This document shows, one piece after another, positions 1 through 9,254 of a stretch of 64,000 bases of DNA. Positions within the stretch are counted from its first letter, which is position 1. Each line of letters opens with the position of its first letter. Source of the stretch: Candidatus Gastranaerophilales bacterium (GTDB lineage Bacteria > Cyanobacteriota > Vampirovibrionia > Gastranaerophilales > JAILCC01); the NCBI GenBank assembly GCA_028696075.1, contig JAQVHS010000007.1, positions 26,603 to 90,602 on the forward strand, read 5' to 3'. Below the pieces are notes generated by a model that worked only from the letters and a program-made list of their open reading frames with translations, did not search any database and was not told where the DNA came from. Made by a program: the position numbers and the translations under genes.

Positions 1-1
1 T

Positions 2-85
2 TATTGGCAAATGATAAAGCTTGCGTTACCTTACACTGTTATTTTGACGATTACCGGAGCAGTTTCTATTTACTTATTTATGTAA
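2..85 (+). CDS. 3' end of a membrane-protein gene truncated by the window edge
   Basis: Frame 2 is open from the window edge to TAA at 83-85. It reads YWQMIKLALPYTVILTITGAVSIYLFM*, a hydrophobic helix. The family cannot be assigned from 27 aa. Confidence 0.3.
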   Translation, partial: YWQMIKLALPYTVILTITGAVSIYLFM

Positions 86-107
86 AAAAGTACACAAGGA
101 GCAAGAC

Positions 108-722
108 ATGAATGATTTTCCCGATACAACCAAACTTTTAGCGGTCGCCGTAAACGAGGACTATGGCGATTATGTCCTTGATGTAATGAGGAAAGCGGGA
201 GTATCAGGCTGCACAAGGCTGCTGGGGGAAGTTCATGACGAAAAAGGAGAAAGCGTCTATTATGATTCGCAATGTATTTTATTGAGCATAATAAACTCTG
301 ACCCATGTAAAATTATTAATGCAATATCAAATACTGCATTGCAAGACCGTAGTCTTAAAATTACCGTATTGTTATTTAAGGTATTTACTTCAGACAGGAG
401 CACAAAAATGGAACCGGAAATGAAATTAATCGTAACCATAGTTAACCGCATTCATACCGAAGAATTAATGTCAGTGGCACGCCAGGCAGGTGCGCAGGGA
501 GGTACGATTATCGGAGCAAGAGGTACGGGAACAGAAGAGGATGCAATATTCTTTGGCGTCAGATTAGCGCCGGAAAAAGAAATGCTTCTTATATTAACGC
601 CCGTTGAAGATGCACCTCAAATTATTGAAGCTATAAAAAGCCAGTCTGTTTTTAACGAACGTGGAAACGGAATTGTCTTTACATTAAATATTGAGCAGTC
701 TTTTTCCTTCAACGATAAATAA
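108..722 (+). CDS. Tandem P-II-like (GlnB-fold) domain protein
   Basis: The 204-aa ORF has an AAGGAG SD upstream. The C-terminal half (MKLIVTIVNR...AQGGTIIGARGTGTEE...EMLLILT) matches the P-II fold layout and its T-loop-like G-x-R-G-x-G motif. The N-terminal half (LLAVAVNEDYGDYVLDVMRKAGVSGCTRL) looks like a degenerate second copy. Confidence 0.6.
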   Translation: MNDFPDTTKLLAVAVNEDYGDYVLDVMRKAGVSGCTRLLGEVHDEKGESVYYDSQCILLSIINSDPCKIINAISNTALQDRSLKITVLLFKVFTSDRSTKMEPEMKLIVTIVNRIHTEELMSVARQAGAQGGTIIGARGTGTEEDAIFFGVRLAPEKEMLLILTPVEDAPQIIEAIKSQSVFNERGNGIVFTLNIEQSFSFNDK

Positions 723-739
723 TAGTTAAGATAATTTTG

Positions 740-767
740 TTGACAAAATTTTAATATTAGTTATATT
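740..767 (+). promoter_or_regulatory. Candidate sigma70-type promoter for the PPIase gene
   Basis: TTGACA lies at 740-745, followed by a 16-nt spacer and TATATT at 762-767, about 50 nt upstream of the ATG at 819. AT-rich DNA produces such matches by chance. Confidence 0.25.
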
Positions 768-818
768 CAATAAAAAGGCAAACATTATTTATCTGTTTAC
801 AAGAAGGGGGTAACTATT

Positions 819-1211
819 ATGAAAAAAGTTTTAAACTTATTTTTAATTATTATGTTTACATTATTTTTAGGAGTTTTTATGGATAACAACGAAACACAGT
901 CAAAGGCACTTTACCAAAAGCAACCTGAAGCAACCTCAGTCAGAGCTGCACATATACTCGTACCGTCATACGATGAAGCAATAAATGTCAAGCAGCAAAT
1001 AGAAAGCGGCAAGATTACTTTTGCACAAGCAGCGGAAAAATACTCAAAATGCCCTTCGGGTAAAAACGGCGGTGATTTGGGATATTTCACAAGAGGTCAG
1101 ATGGTGCCTGAATTTGACAAAGCATCATTTACATTGCCTGTAAATACAGTATCAGACCCTGTGAAGACACAATTTGGCTATCACCTTATAGAAGTTTTAG
1201 ACAGAAAATAA
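819..1211 (+). CDS. Parvulin-type peptidyl-prolyl cis-trans isomerase with an N-terminal signal or anchor
   Basis: A GGGGG SD lies upstream and the N-terminus is hydrophobic. Parvulin core motifs are present: AAHILV, CPSGKNGGDLGYF, MVPEFD and FGYHLIEV. Confidence 0.9.
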   Translation: MKKVLNLFLIIMFTLFLGVFMDNNETQSKALYQKQPEATSVRAAHILVPSYDEAINVKQQIESGKITFAQAAEKYSKCPSGKNGGDLGYFTRGQMVPEFDKASFTLPVNTVSDPVKTQFGYHLIEVLDRK

Positions 1212-1222
1212 TTCAACTAGCC

Positions 1223-2278
1223 TTAAGCGTAGAGAGCATTGCCATTTATATTACCGGGCATATACGGATTATTGTAATAGTTGTTATCTCGTGCCATTTT
1301 TGCGGCAAGAACCGGATCTATTTGCGCTAAAGCAGCATAGATATTATTTGTATTCAAGTTATTTGCCCCATTTGCTGATGCTTGTTTTTTAACTTCTTTT
1401 TCCTGTTTTTCAGCCAACTCAGCTTTTTGGGTCGCTATGCTTTTACCCAAAATACAGCTCATGATTTTATCTCCGATCATGCAACCGCCAATACCTATGA
1501 GGAATGCAAACGGTAGTGCTACAGGTCCAAGTACTGCTGTAGCCAAAGCTATGGATAAGGAGAAGAATGCCACACTTGCAATACCTTTTATGCCTTCCTT
1601 AAGCGCTTCTACTACTCCGCCTTCTTTGTAGCCCTGATACATGCTAAATAATGTCACGCCTGCAATTAAGATTGGCCCGAGTTTTTTGCCTATAGTGCCA
1701 AATAATTTCGAGAAAAAGCCTGTTTTGGCAGCAGCTTGGCCCGTTTTTGCAACGGCTTGACCTGTTTTTGCAGCAGCCTGACCTGTTTTTGCAGCAGCCT
1801 GGGCTGTTTTTGCAGCAGCTTGAGCTGTTTTTGCAGCAGCTTTTCCTGCCACTCTGGCTGCCCGCATTGCTTGCTGTTTTGCTGCTTCCCTTGTAGTACC
1901 TTCGGCTACATTTTGCATAGCTTCTTTATACGCTGTTTTCATCGCAGATTTGGCAGCTGCCCTGACTTCGACTTGAGTTCCTGTAATTATTTTTGTCCCT
2001 CCAAGTCCGCTTTTTTTACCAACAAGCTTCTTCAAGCCACCTTTTATGGTTGCGAAGAACCCTGGATGTTGTACAGCCATTTTTTCTGCCGTTATGTTTT
2101 TATATGTATCTATCCAGTGAAAATCCTTTAGAGCTCCGGCTTTACGCGCATTATACAGTTCAAGCCCATAAGCTTTTGCCCAAGTTCCGTCAAGGAATGT
2201 AAAAACTTTGCCGCCGACATTAGTTAATGTACCGACTTGACTTGATATTGGTGGTGCTACTGCTGATACTGCTGACAT
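1223..2278 (-). CDS. Hypothetical membrane protein with AAKT(A/G)QA heptad repeats
   Basis: The 351-aa ORF has a soluble N-terminal part and six in-frame heptads AAKTAQA/AAKTGQA. These are followed by hydrophobic helices (LGPILIAGVTLFSMY; IASVAFFSLSIALATAVLGPVALPFAFLIGIGGCMIG) and an N/Y-rich tail. I recognise no family. Confidence 0.7.
   Translation of the reverse strand: MSAVSAVAPPISSQVGTLTNVGGKVFTFLDGTWAKAYGLELYNARKAGALKDFHWIDTYKNITAEKMAVQHPGFFATIKGGLKKLVGKKSGLGGTKIITGTQVEVRAAAKSAMKTAYKEAMQNVAEGTTREAAKQQAMRAARVAGKAAAKTAQAAAKTAQAAAKTGQAAAKTGQAVAKTGQAAAKTGFFSKLFGTIGKKLGPILIAGVTLFSMYQGYKEGGVVEALKEGIKGIASVAFFSLSIALATAVLGPVALPFAFLIGIGGCMIGDKIMSCILGKSIATQKAELAEKQEKEVKKQASANGANNLNTNNIYAALAQIDPVLAAKMARDNNYYNNPYMPGNINGNALYA
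1719..1844 (-). repeat. Six tandem copies of a 21-bp in-frame repeat
   Basis: On the plus strand the units are cctgttttggcagcagcttgg, cccgtttttgcaacggcttga, cctgtttttgcagcagcctga, cctgtttttgcagcagcctgg, gctgtttttgcagcagcttga and gctgtttttgcagcagctttt. They encode the AAKTxQA heptads of the minus-strand gene. Confidence 0.9.
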
Positions 2279-2386
2279 GCCTACCCTTATACCTTATTTT
2301 TCCTTACCTAAATAAATAAAGTAAATCTCTCAGAAAAAATTGCTTCTTAAGTAAATAAATTTGCATTTAGCTGTAAAATAAGTAAC

Positions 2387-3136
2387 ATGTATAGTATGAA
2401 GAAATTAGTAATTACATTGGTTTTAATACTTATTTTGCAGCTGTCGTCATTCGCCGAAAATTTACCGCATGATTTTTTTGGAATAGATGAGCCTCCTGTT
2501 GAAAATCAGGACAATGAAAATACAGAAAATAACAAAATACCTACAGAAGAGCAAATTAACGAAGATATCCAAAACCCTGAAGTCACTTTAAAACATAAGA
2601 AAACAAAAACTAAGAAGCCTTCAAAAGAAGAAGAAATTGAAGAGTATAAAGTAAAGAATACTCAGCCTAAAGCTGACTATCACTACGAAGAAATATTCAA
2701 GAACCTTCAAAATGCCCAGGTTAAATTTATAGACCAGATTGACCCGGATGAATATTACGATGCACAAAAACTACACTTTTCGCCCTATCCGCTGTTGAGA
2801 GTTACAGAGAAAATGTATGTTGCAAATCAGACTATAGAGCAGGGATATTATCTTTTGACCCCTCGTGAATATGATAAAAAGAAAGTTGTTTTGTTTAAAG
2901 AAAGCGGAAAAGTCAAGAATGTAGTGCCTATTTTTGAGCATGAAATTATAAATAAAAAACTGGCTTATCAAAAACCTCCTAAAAAATGGTATCAGATTCG
3001 CGACAGATATGAGTTTCAAACCCAGTATTATGAAACAAAAGTATTAGCTTATGACCTCTACGGGGATTTTTTTGAGATAGACTTATATTATAGAGAAGGG
3101 CTTTATAAAATGATTTTTAAGAAACACCCTTACTAA
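2387..3136 (+). CDS. Hypothetical secreted protein
   Basis: The 249-aa ORF has a signal-peptide-like N-terminus (MKKLVITLVLILILQLSSFA), an acidic/lysine-rich linker and a Y-rich C-terminal domain. The start could be 2387 or 2396. I recognise no family. Confidence 0.65.
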   Translation: MYSMKKLVITLVLILILQLSSFAENLPHDFFGIDEPPVENQDNENTENNKIPTEEQINEDIQNPEVTLKHKKTKTKKPSKEEEIEEYKVKNTQPKADYHYEEIFKNLQNAQVKFIDQIDPDEYYDAQKLHFSPYPLLRVTEKMYVANQTIEQGYYLLTPREYDKKKVVLFKESGKVKNVVPIFEHEIINKKLAYQKPPKKWYQIRDRYEFQTQYYETKVLAYDLYGDFFEIDLYYREGLYKMIFKKHPY

Positions 3137-3148
3137 AAAGAGGATGCA

Positions 3149-3928
3149 ATGAGTACATTTATAGATACCCATGCTCATTTGGATTTTGATGAATTCAAAG
3201 ACAGCATGCCTGATTTGATAGAAGAGCTGAAAAAAAACGGCATTAAAAAAGTTATTCTCCCCGGAGTTAATAAAGACAATTCCCGAAGGATTATAGAGCT
3301 GACAGAAAAATACGATATGTTTTACGGAGCATTGGGAGTACATCCTTCAGAAGCTAAAACATGGGATGGTACGAGCTATGAGTATTTTAAAAATCTTGCC
3401 CAACATGAAAAAATTGTTGCCGTAGGTGAAATCGGGCTTGATTACTACTGGGACAAAACATTTAATGATGTGCAGAAACATGTTTTCAGAGAACAAATAA
3501 GGCTTGCTAAAGAGCTTAAAAAACCTGTAATTGTCCACGACAGAGAAGCACATCTTGATACATTTAATATCTTAAAAGAAACCAATGCGGCTCAGGTCGG
3601 GGTTGTAATGCATTGCTTTTCGGGCAGCAGCGAATTTGCGCTGCAATGTGTAAAGGAAGGCTTTTATATTGCAATAGGAGGGCCGGTAACCTTCAAAAAT
3701 GCGCTAAAACCTAAAGAGGTAGCGAAAAATATTGATATAAACTACTTATTGTTAGAAACCGACTCACCTTATTTAGCGCCGCATCCATACCGTGGAAGCG
3801 TTAATTCACCGATGTATATCCCTATTATTGCCTCTGTAATAGCTGAACTAAGAGGAATAAGCCTTGATGAGGTTGCAGAAACAACCACCCGAAACGCTAA
3901 TAAACTATTTAACCTCGATAAAAAGTAG
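3149..3928 (+). CDS. TatD-family metal-dependent hydrolase/DNase
   Basis: TatD motifs are present: IDTHAHLDF, GEIGLDY, VIVHDREA, HCFSG and LLLETDSPYLAP. Confidence 0.9.
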   Translation: MSTFIDTHAHLDFDEFKDSMPDLIEELKKNGIKKVILPGVNKDNSRRIIELTEKYDMFYGALGVHPSEAKTWDGTSYEYFKNLAQHEKIVAVGEIGLDYYWDKTFNDVQKHVFREQIRLAKELKKPVIVHDREAHLDTFNILKETNAAQVGVVMHCFSGSSEFALQCVKEGFYIAIGGPVTFKNALKPKEVAKNIDINYLLLETDSPYLAPHPYRGSVNSPMYIPIIASVIAELRGISLDEVAETTTRNANKLFNLDKK

Positions 3929-3978
3929 TTGACTATGTTTTATGCTTTTGATAATTTAATAACTGTGAAGGCAAATAT

Positions 3979-4051
3979 GCCCCCATCGTCTAGAGGCCTA
4001 GGACATCACCCTTTCACGGTGGAGACGGGGATTCGAATTCCCCTGGGGGTA
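3979..4051 (+). tRNA. tRNA-Glu (anticodon UUC)
   Basis: The sequence is GCCCCCATCGTCTAGAGGCCTAGGACATCACCCTTTCACGGTGGAGACGGGGATTCGAATTCCCCTGGGGGTA. The acceptor stem is GCCCCCA/TGGGGGT, the anticodon loop is CTTTCAC, and the T-arm is GGGGATTCGAATTCCCC. No CCA is encoded. Confidence 0.9.
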
Positions 4052-4115
4052 AATATTTTTTCCGACCGTAGTGGAAATTTTTCTAACTGTGTATTGTCGG
4101 GGTACCATTGAAAAA

Positions 4116-4139
4116 AGGAGCTGTTAAGGCTCTTTTTTT
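4116..4139 (+). terminator. Candidate intrinsic terminator after tRNA-Glu
   Basis: A GGAGC-tgttaag-GCTCT hairpin (5 bp including one G.U) is followed by a T7 run and preceded by an A-run. Confidence 0.45.
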
Positions 4140-4271
4140 GTATAGGCGTCACAGAATATTTTGTTGGGTTAAAACCCAACCGACCTTCTACTTTTTTGTA
4201 TTTTAAGTAGCTTGCTTCACCCCAATATGACATAAGACTTATAATTCTATTTTATATTATTTTCTACCGGT

Positions 4272-4538
4272 TTAATCCTGTTTTTCTCTGCAGCATTTAC
4301 AATGTTCATTCATATGAATTGCTATGGCAGGGATTAAGAATAAAAATACAGCGATAATTTTGATTATTCCGTATAAGAAAAAGACCATTTCTGCCGCTTG
4401 TTCGGGTTTTATAAAATAATATTTTTCAAACATAGCAAAGAAGAAATCAGAATTAAAAGAGTAAAGTAAATTGGAAATAATAAGCAACAATATTGCCAGT
4501 AAAAATGATTTAAAAAGAATATTTCTTACCTGAAGCAT
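4272..4538 (-). CDS. Small hypothetical membrane protein
   Basis: The 88-aa ORF has two hydrophobic helices and a Cys-rich tail (HCKCCREKQD). I recognise no family. Confidence 0.5.
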   Translation of the reverse strand: MLQVRNILFKSFLLAILLLIISNLLYSFNSDFFFAMFEKYYFIKPEQAAEMVFFLYGIIKIIAVFLFLIPAIAIHMNEHCKCCREKQD

Positions 4539-4594
4539 AACAAAACCTCCATAAATTAACCGTCTAATTATAGCATACGAAGTTCATTTATGGT

Positions 4595-4792
4595 TTAGCC
4601 TCTTTCGATAAATGTGGTTAATAATTCGCCGTAGCTATCAAATGTGCCGTCTGTTTTTTCAATAAGATAAGTTAGATCAAGGTTCTCTTGTTTAGCTTTT
4701 TTAGCTTGCTCCCGAGCCTCTTCAAGGTCGGAAAATTCACCCAATAAATCAGGAGCAAAAGCACCTTTTGTTTCGACATATACTTGATACAT
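4595..4792 (-). CDS. Small acidic hypothetical protein
   Basis: The 65-aa ORF lies between the kinase gene and the small membrane-protein gene on the same strand. I recognise no family. Confidence 0.45.
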   Translation of the reverse strand: MYQVYVETKGAFAPDLLGEFSDLEEAREQAKKAKQENLDLTYLIEKTDGTFDSYGELLTTFIERG

Positions 4793-4834
4793 ATTAAATT
4801 ACCCGCTTGTGTTAGTTACTAATCAATCATAATT

Positions 4835-6481
4835 TTATTCTGAAATATTTTCAAGTACCAATTCGTTTTTGTTAATACTTTTATCAATAATAAAACCAAA
4901 TGTATTACAACCGTCAAGGGTACTTTCTGCAAATATGTGTCCGTTATGGGATTGAATAATTTTACGTGTAAGATATAAACCCAATCCGGAGCTTATTTTA
5001 TTAAATACTGAGGTTTTTGATACATACTTATCAAAAATAGTGTTTAATTGTTCTTGAGGTATATGCTCTCCTTGGTTTACTATTTTAAGCGCTATTTCCT
5101 TGTTTTTATTTTCCAGAAGAATTTTAATTTTGGTTTCCTCTTTGCCATGGTTAATAGTGTTTGATAATAAGTTTGAGATAACTCTTTTTAACTGTAATTT
5201 ATCCGCCCAAATATTTGCTTCTTCGGGCTGTTTAATCATTATACCCTGTTTCCTTTCGTTAGCAAGACACGTAAGCTCGTTGTATACTTCCTCTACCAGT
5301 TCCGCTAAATTAAATTCTTCAATATTAAGCACTATGTTACCGTCTTCGTACCTGTATGAATCTAAAATAGTCATAATCATACTGAGCATGTATTTGCATG
5401 AATTGAGCAATTGTTGAATGATTTCTGTTTGTTTAGGGGTAACATTCCCAAAGCTTCCTTTGCTAAATAACTCTAAAGCTCTTATTTGGGCGAGGGTAGG
5501 ATTTTTCAAATCATGAGTTAATGTTGCAACAAAAGTATTCTTTTGTTCTTCTATTTTTTTCTCATCGTCTATATTTTTTAGGAATACCGCAATTTTATCA
5601 ACGTCTCCGTCTTGATTAAAAATCGGTATTTTAACAATCTGATACCATACTTTTATATCTTTTGAAATTGGCAGCTGCTTTGTAAGTATTAATCCTTTTT
5701 TAGTTTCTATAACTTCTCTGTCTTCCCTCAATATTGCATCCATATCCTGCAGTGAATAAAACGCTGCAGGGAAATTATCCGGATCAATAACATTGCAGCC
5801 CATTGTTTCCTTAAAGTTCTGATTAACGCATATATAATTACCTTGCAAATCTTTGAGAATAGCAATAATAGGCAGGTTATCCAGAATACTTTCTAACTCT
5901 TTTTGTTTTGTTTCAAGCTCCAGACGAAAAGTTTCCTGCCGTGAAATATTTCTGATTACACTGATAATTCCGGTAACTTTTTTATTTTTTATAATGGGAG
6001 CTGACACTACATCATGTGTAACACCTAAGTCTGATTTGAATTTATACCTTACTGTTTCTGATTTTTTTATTACCCTTTTGTCATATTTACGTATAAGAAG
6101 CGCAAGATTTTTAGAAAAAAGCTCAAAATCATTTTTACCGACTAATTTTTTGTTTTCTTCTTCCGTAAAACCAAGTAAATTAAGAAAAGTAGAGTTATAA
6201 AATATAATATTAAAATTTTTATCCTTATAAAGAAATATATCTGTACTGTACTTGGTAATATTATCAATAACCTGTTTTTGGTTTTCCGTCTTTATTGACA
6301 GCTTCATTAAGAGATAATCTTTTTGGATTAAAGTCAAAGTAAGGTAACCTGCCAATAATATGATAAAAACACCCTCATATATCGGCGAAAATTGTACGGA
6401 AATAAAAACAGATAAAATCACCGCTAATAATATAAGATATAGCAATATTCTTTTATATATTACTCGTTTTCTTACTTTCAT
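4835..6481 (-). CDS. Membrane-anchored PAS-domain sensor histidine kinase
   Basis: Two N-terminal TM helices are followed by two PAS-like regions. The H-box is FVATLTHDLKNPT, the N-box is LLSNTINHG, and the G2 region is SSGLGLYLTRKIIQSHNGHIFAES. Confidence 0.85.
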   Translation of the reverse strand: MKVRKRVIYKRILLYLILLAVILSVFISVQFSPIYEGVFIILLAGYLTLTLIQKDYLLMKLSIKTENQKQVIDNITKYSTDIFLYKDKNFNIIFYNSTFLNLLGFTEEENKKLVGKNDFELFSKNLALLIRKYDKRVIKKSETVRYKFKSDLGVTHDVVSAPIIKNKKVTGIISVIRNISRQETFRLELETKQKELESILDNLPIIAILKDLQGNYICVNQNFKETMGCNVIDPDNFPAAFYSLQDMDAILREDREVIETKKGLILTKQLPISKDIKVWYQIVKIPIFNQDGDVDKIAVFLKNIDDEKKIEEQKNTFVATLTHDLKNPTLAQIRALELFSKGSFGNVTPKQTEIIQQLLNSCKYMLSMIMTILDSYRYEDGNIVLNIEEFNLAELVEEVYNELTCLANERKQGIMIKQPEEANIWADKLQLKRVISNLLSNTINHGKEETKIKILLENKNKEIALKIVNQGEHIPQEQLNTIFDKYVSKTSVFNKISSGLGLYLTRKIIQSHNGHIFAESTLDGCNTFGFIIDKSINKNELVLENISE

Positions 6482-6578
6482 ATTTTGTATTTTCAGCTAG
6501 TATTAAAATTTATTATACATTATCTTATAAAAAAAGATATAGAGAAATCGAATGCTGAGACTATGGAAAAGCGACAAA

Positions 6579-7964
6579 TTATTTTATTTCAAAAACCGTA
6601 GCGCCATCTTTATTATCTTTAAGGGTTATACCGATAGCATTAAGTTCATCACGTATTTTATCAGATATTATCCAATTTTTTTCTTCCCTTGCAAGTTTTC
6701 TGATACCAATAATAAGGTTCATTAATTTTTCTGTTAAATCATTATCGATAGACTTAACTTCAGTAAGATTAAAGCCTAAAACATCAGATAAATAAACCAG
6801 AGTTGAAATATATTCAAACGCTTTTTCTTTATCGGTTTCTTTTTCTTTTTGAGCTAAATTAGCAAGCTCAAAAAATACGGAAAGCGCCTTTGATGTATTA
6901 AAATCACTATCCATTGCTTCTATAAACTGTTGTATATGTTTATTATCAGCTGACGGCGGTGAAAATTCCTTTATATTAAGCGCTGTTTTCAAGTCATTAA
7001 CTGCATTTTTCAATCTTTGAATGCCGGCCTTTGCCGATTCTAAAGATTCCTGAGAAAATTCAACGGGCTGTCTGTAGTGATTTGTTAATATGAATAACTT
7101 AATTGTGTTAGCGTCGTAAGATTCAAGAAGTTTATTTATCGATGTAAAATTCCCCAATGATTTTGACATCTTTTCATTATTTATAGTTACAAAACCGTTG
7201 TGCAGCCAGTATCTTGCGAAAGGCTTTCCACAAGCACATTCAGACTGTGCGATTTCATTTTCGTGATGGGGGAACAATAAATCAGCCCCGCCCGCATGGA
7301 TATCGATAGTATTCCCAAGATATCCCTTTGCCATAGCTGAACACTCTATATGCCAACCCGGACGACCTTTACCGTATGGGCTGTCCCAAGAAATTTCATC
7401 TTCATCCTTTGCTTTTTTCCACATTGCAAAATCAAGTGCGTTCTCCTTAATGCCTGATGCTTCTACTCTTGCGCCTGCCTCTAAATCTTTAATATTTTGC
7501 CCGGAAAGATTACCGTATTTAGGGAATTTATCTACTTTAAAGTAAACATCGCCTTCTTTTTCATAAGCAACCCCTTTTTCTACCAGGATATTAATTATCT
7601 CAAGCATTGCGTCTATGTTTTCCGTAGCTTTAGGTTCTATGGTAGGTTCAAGAAGGTTCAGCGCCTTCATGCTTTTATGAAATTCTTTTGTAAATTCTTC
7701 TGCAATTGCTTTAGGCGTGGTATTTTGGGATTTTGCCTTGTTAATTATTTTGTCATCAACGTCTGTAATATTTCTTGCGTATGTAACATCATAGCCCCTG
7801 AACTTCAAGTATCTGAACACAACATCCCATGTAATGTAACATCTGGCATGCCCGAGGTGCGGCAAATCGTACACGGTAGGACCGCAAACGTACATTGTAA
7901 TTTTATTTTCCTCTAAGGGGATTAAATCTTCTAACTGCCGGGAATACGAGTTAAATACTTTCAT
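6579..7964 (-). CDS. cysS: Cysteine--tRNA ligase
   Basis: The HIGH motif (PHLGHARCY), the KMSKS motif (KMSKSLGN) and the zinc-site context (WHIECSAM) are present. Length is 461 aa. Confidence 0.95.
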   Translation of the reverse strand: MKVFNSYSRQLEDLIPLEENKITMYVCGPTVYDLPHLGHARCYITWDVVFRYLKFRGYDVTYARNITDVDDKIINKAKSQNTTPKAIAEEFTKEFHKSMKALNLLEPTIEPKATENIDAMLEIINILVEKGVAYEKEGDVYFKVDKFPKYGNLSGQNIKDLEAGARVEASGIKENALDFAMWKKAKDEDEISWDSPYGKGRPGWHIECSAMAKGYLGNTIDIHAGGADLLFPHHENEIAQSECACGKPFARYWLHNGFVTINNEKMSKSLGNFTSINKLLESYDANTIKLFILTNHYRQPVEFSQESLESAKAGIQRLKNAVNDLKTALNIKEFSPPSADNKHIQQFIEAMDSDFNTSKALSVFFELANLAQKEKETDKEKAFEYISTLVYLSDVLGFNLTEVKSIDNDLTEKLMNLIIGIRKLAREEKNWIISDKIRDELNAIGITLKDNKDGATVFEIK

Positions 7965-8005
7965 TTTTTACCTTAATTAATCTGACTGCTTTTTCAATTT
8001 TAACA

Positions 8006-8032
8006 TAAAAAATCCGGGGATAATGCCCGGAT
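8006..8032 (-). terminator. Intrinsic terminator of the 190-aa orphan gene
   Basis: On the minus strand ATCCGGG-cattatc-CCCGGAT (7-bp stem) is followed by TTTTTT. It lies 34 nt downstream of the stop at 8066. Confidence 0.6.
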
Positions 8033-8065
8033 GGTTAAGTTGGATAGAATGCTTTTTAAATTCTT

Positions 8066-8638
8066 TTATGCGAAGAAGTTTACAGACTTAGTTTCTGTTT
8101 CTTCATCTTCGTTATCAAGTTTTATTATTTTTGTATAAGCAAAAGGATTTCCGCCTTTTCTGTCTTTTTCAAGAGAGAAGGCATTTTGAGTGGTAGTTGG
8201 TGATTTAAGAGCAAAAGCTGTTTCCACATCTGATTTTTTAACTACATTATCTGCAGGTATAAAAATCTTGCCGTCTACAATTTTATGAGTTTGCATAAAT
8301 TGAGTGATTGCCAAAGATTTCAATGCTTCAATATTTTGAAGCGCCTGAGGGGATAGTTGAACATTAAAATCAGCTTTTGCCTGAGCAACTTTTTGAGTTA
8401 CATCAATTTGAGCGCCTTTTTCATAAACATTAATTTGGGTTTGTTGCTCAAGAGGAGTAATTTGGGTGTTTACCTGAGGGGCAACAGTTGTTTGCTGCGT
8501 AGTTTGCACCTGAGGATTTACTTGAATTTTTGATTCTCCGAAGATTTCTCTTGATACACTTTCAAGCTCAGCCCCTGTGACGATACCTGTGTAGGTAGTT
8601 CCTATATTGGTGTTAATGTTTGAAAAATTAACTGACAT
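8066..8638 (-). CDS. Hypothetical Q/T-rich protein
   Basis: The 190-aa ORF has a GGGG SD-like sequence upstream. It has a Q/T/V-rich low-complexity centre and an acidic C-terminus, with no signal peptide or TM helix. I recognise no family. Confidence 0.6.
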   Translation of the reverse strand: MSVNFSNINTNIGTTYTGIVTGAELESVSREIFGESKIQVNPQVQTTQQTTVAPQVNTQITPLEQQTQINVYEKGAQIDVTQKVAQAKADFNVQLSPQALQNIEALKSLAITQFMQTHKIVDGKIFIPADNVVKKSDVETAFALKSPTTTQNAFSLEKDRKGGNPFAYTKIIKLDNEDEETETKSVNFFA

Positions 8639-8690
8639 TTCAACCCCTGATTTTTCGACCGTAATATTGTATTCGGCTATTTTGGGGAAA

Positions 8691-8729
8691 ACTTTAGCTT
8701 TTTTAAAAGAATATTTACAATAGTTTACA
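8691..8729 (-). promoter_or_regulatory. Candidate promoter with a TGTAAA-N4-TGTAAA direct repeat
   Basis: The minus strand reads TGTAAActatTGTAAA (8729-8714), then a 17-nt spacer, then TAAAGT (8696-8691). This lies about 55 nt upstream of the ATG at 8638. Confidence 0.3.
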
Positions 8730-8891
8730 ATACGGCAAAAATCATTCGTTCATTTTAAATTACCCGAAGAAATTGTTTTGAAGGTTTTTAAAAAAATTAT
8801 TCTTATAATATAAATATAATGCCATCAGGTAATGAGATATTTTATATTTAATCATATATTTGTAACATATTAAGACTTGGAGAAATTAACT

Positions 8892-9224
8892 ATGGAATTG
8901 CTATTAAAATGGGTTTTGTATGCCTTAGCTTTGTTACTTATTGCCTGGATTGTTCCGGGAATTAGTATTGCGGGTTTTAGCACGGCGCTTTTAGCTGCAG
9001 TGGTTATAGGCCTTATAAATGCTGTTATAAAACCTTTGTTGATTTTGTTAACTTTACCTATCAATATTTTAACGTTGGGACTGTTTACACTTGTAGTTAA
9101 CGCTCTTATGATGCTTTTAGCAGCCAAATTAGTTCCGGGGTTTCAAATTGTGGGATTTTGGTCGGCGTTTCTCGGCGCATTAGTTTTCTCTGTTCTAAGC
9201 GTTATAATAAGCGGAGTGGATTAA
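8892..9224 (+). CDS. Phage-holin-4_2/DUF360-family small membrane protein
   Basis: The protein has four hydrophobic helices. The duplicated (A)WIVPGISIAGFSTALLAAVVIGLINAVIKPLL / AAKLVPGFQIVGFWSAFLGALVFSVL pattern is typical of this family. I start it at ATG 8892 (GGAG SD at 8879-8882) rather than the TTG at 8877. Confidence 0.7.
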   Translation: MELLLKWVLYALALLLIAWIVPGISIAGFSTALLAAVVIGLINAVIKPLLILLTLPINILTLGLFTLVVNALMMLLAAKLVPGFQIVGFWSAFLGALVFSVLSVIISGVD

Positions 9225-9254
9225 TTTTCAGCCCCTGAGCCGTTAACTTCAAAT

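Noticed and set aside
1736-2131. A 131-aa Cys-rich plus-strand ORF (CFCSSLTCFCSSLGCFCSS...).
   Set aside because: It is the antisense reading of the 21-bp AAKTxQA repeat array and the rest of the minus-strand gene. The periodic Cys pattern is a by-product of the repeat.
4163-4180. The palindrome GTTGGGTTAAAACCCAAC downstream of tRNA-Glu.
   Set aside because: It is a short hairpin (6 bp effective) with no adjacent T-run on either strand and no recognisable RNA-family features. It is probably incidental or a minor 3'-end structure.
3929-4233. ORFs at 3929-4111 (+) and 4006-4233 (-).
   Set aside because: Both run straight through the tRNA-Glu gene (3979-4051) and its terminator. They have no SD and their sequence does not look protein-like.
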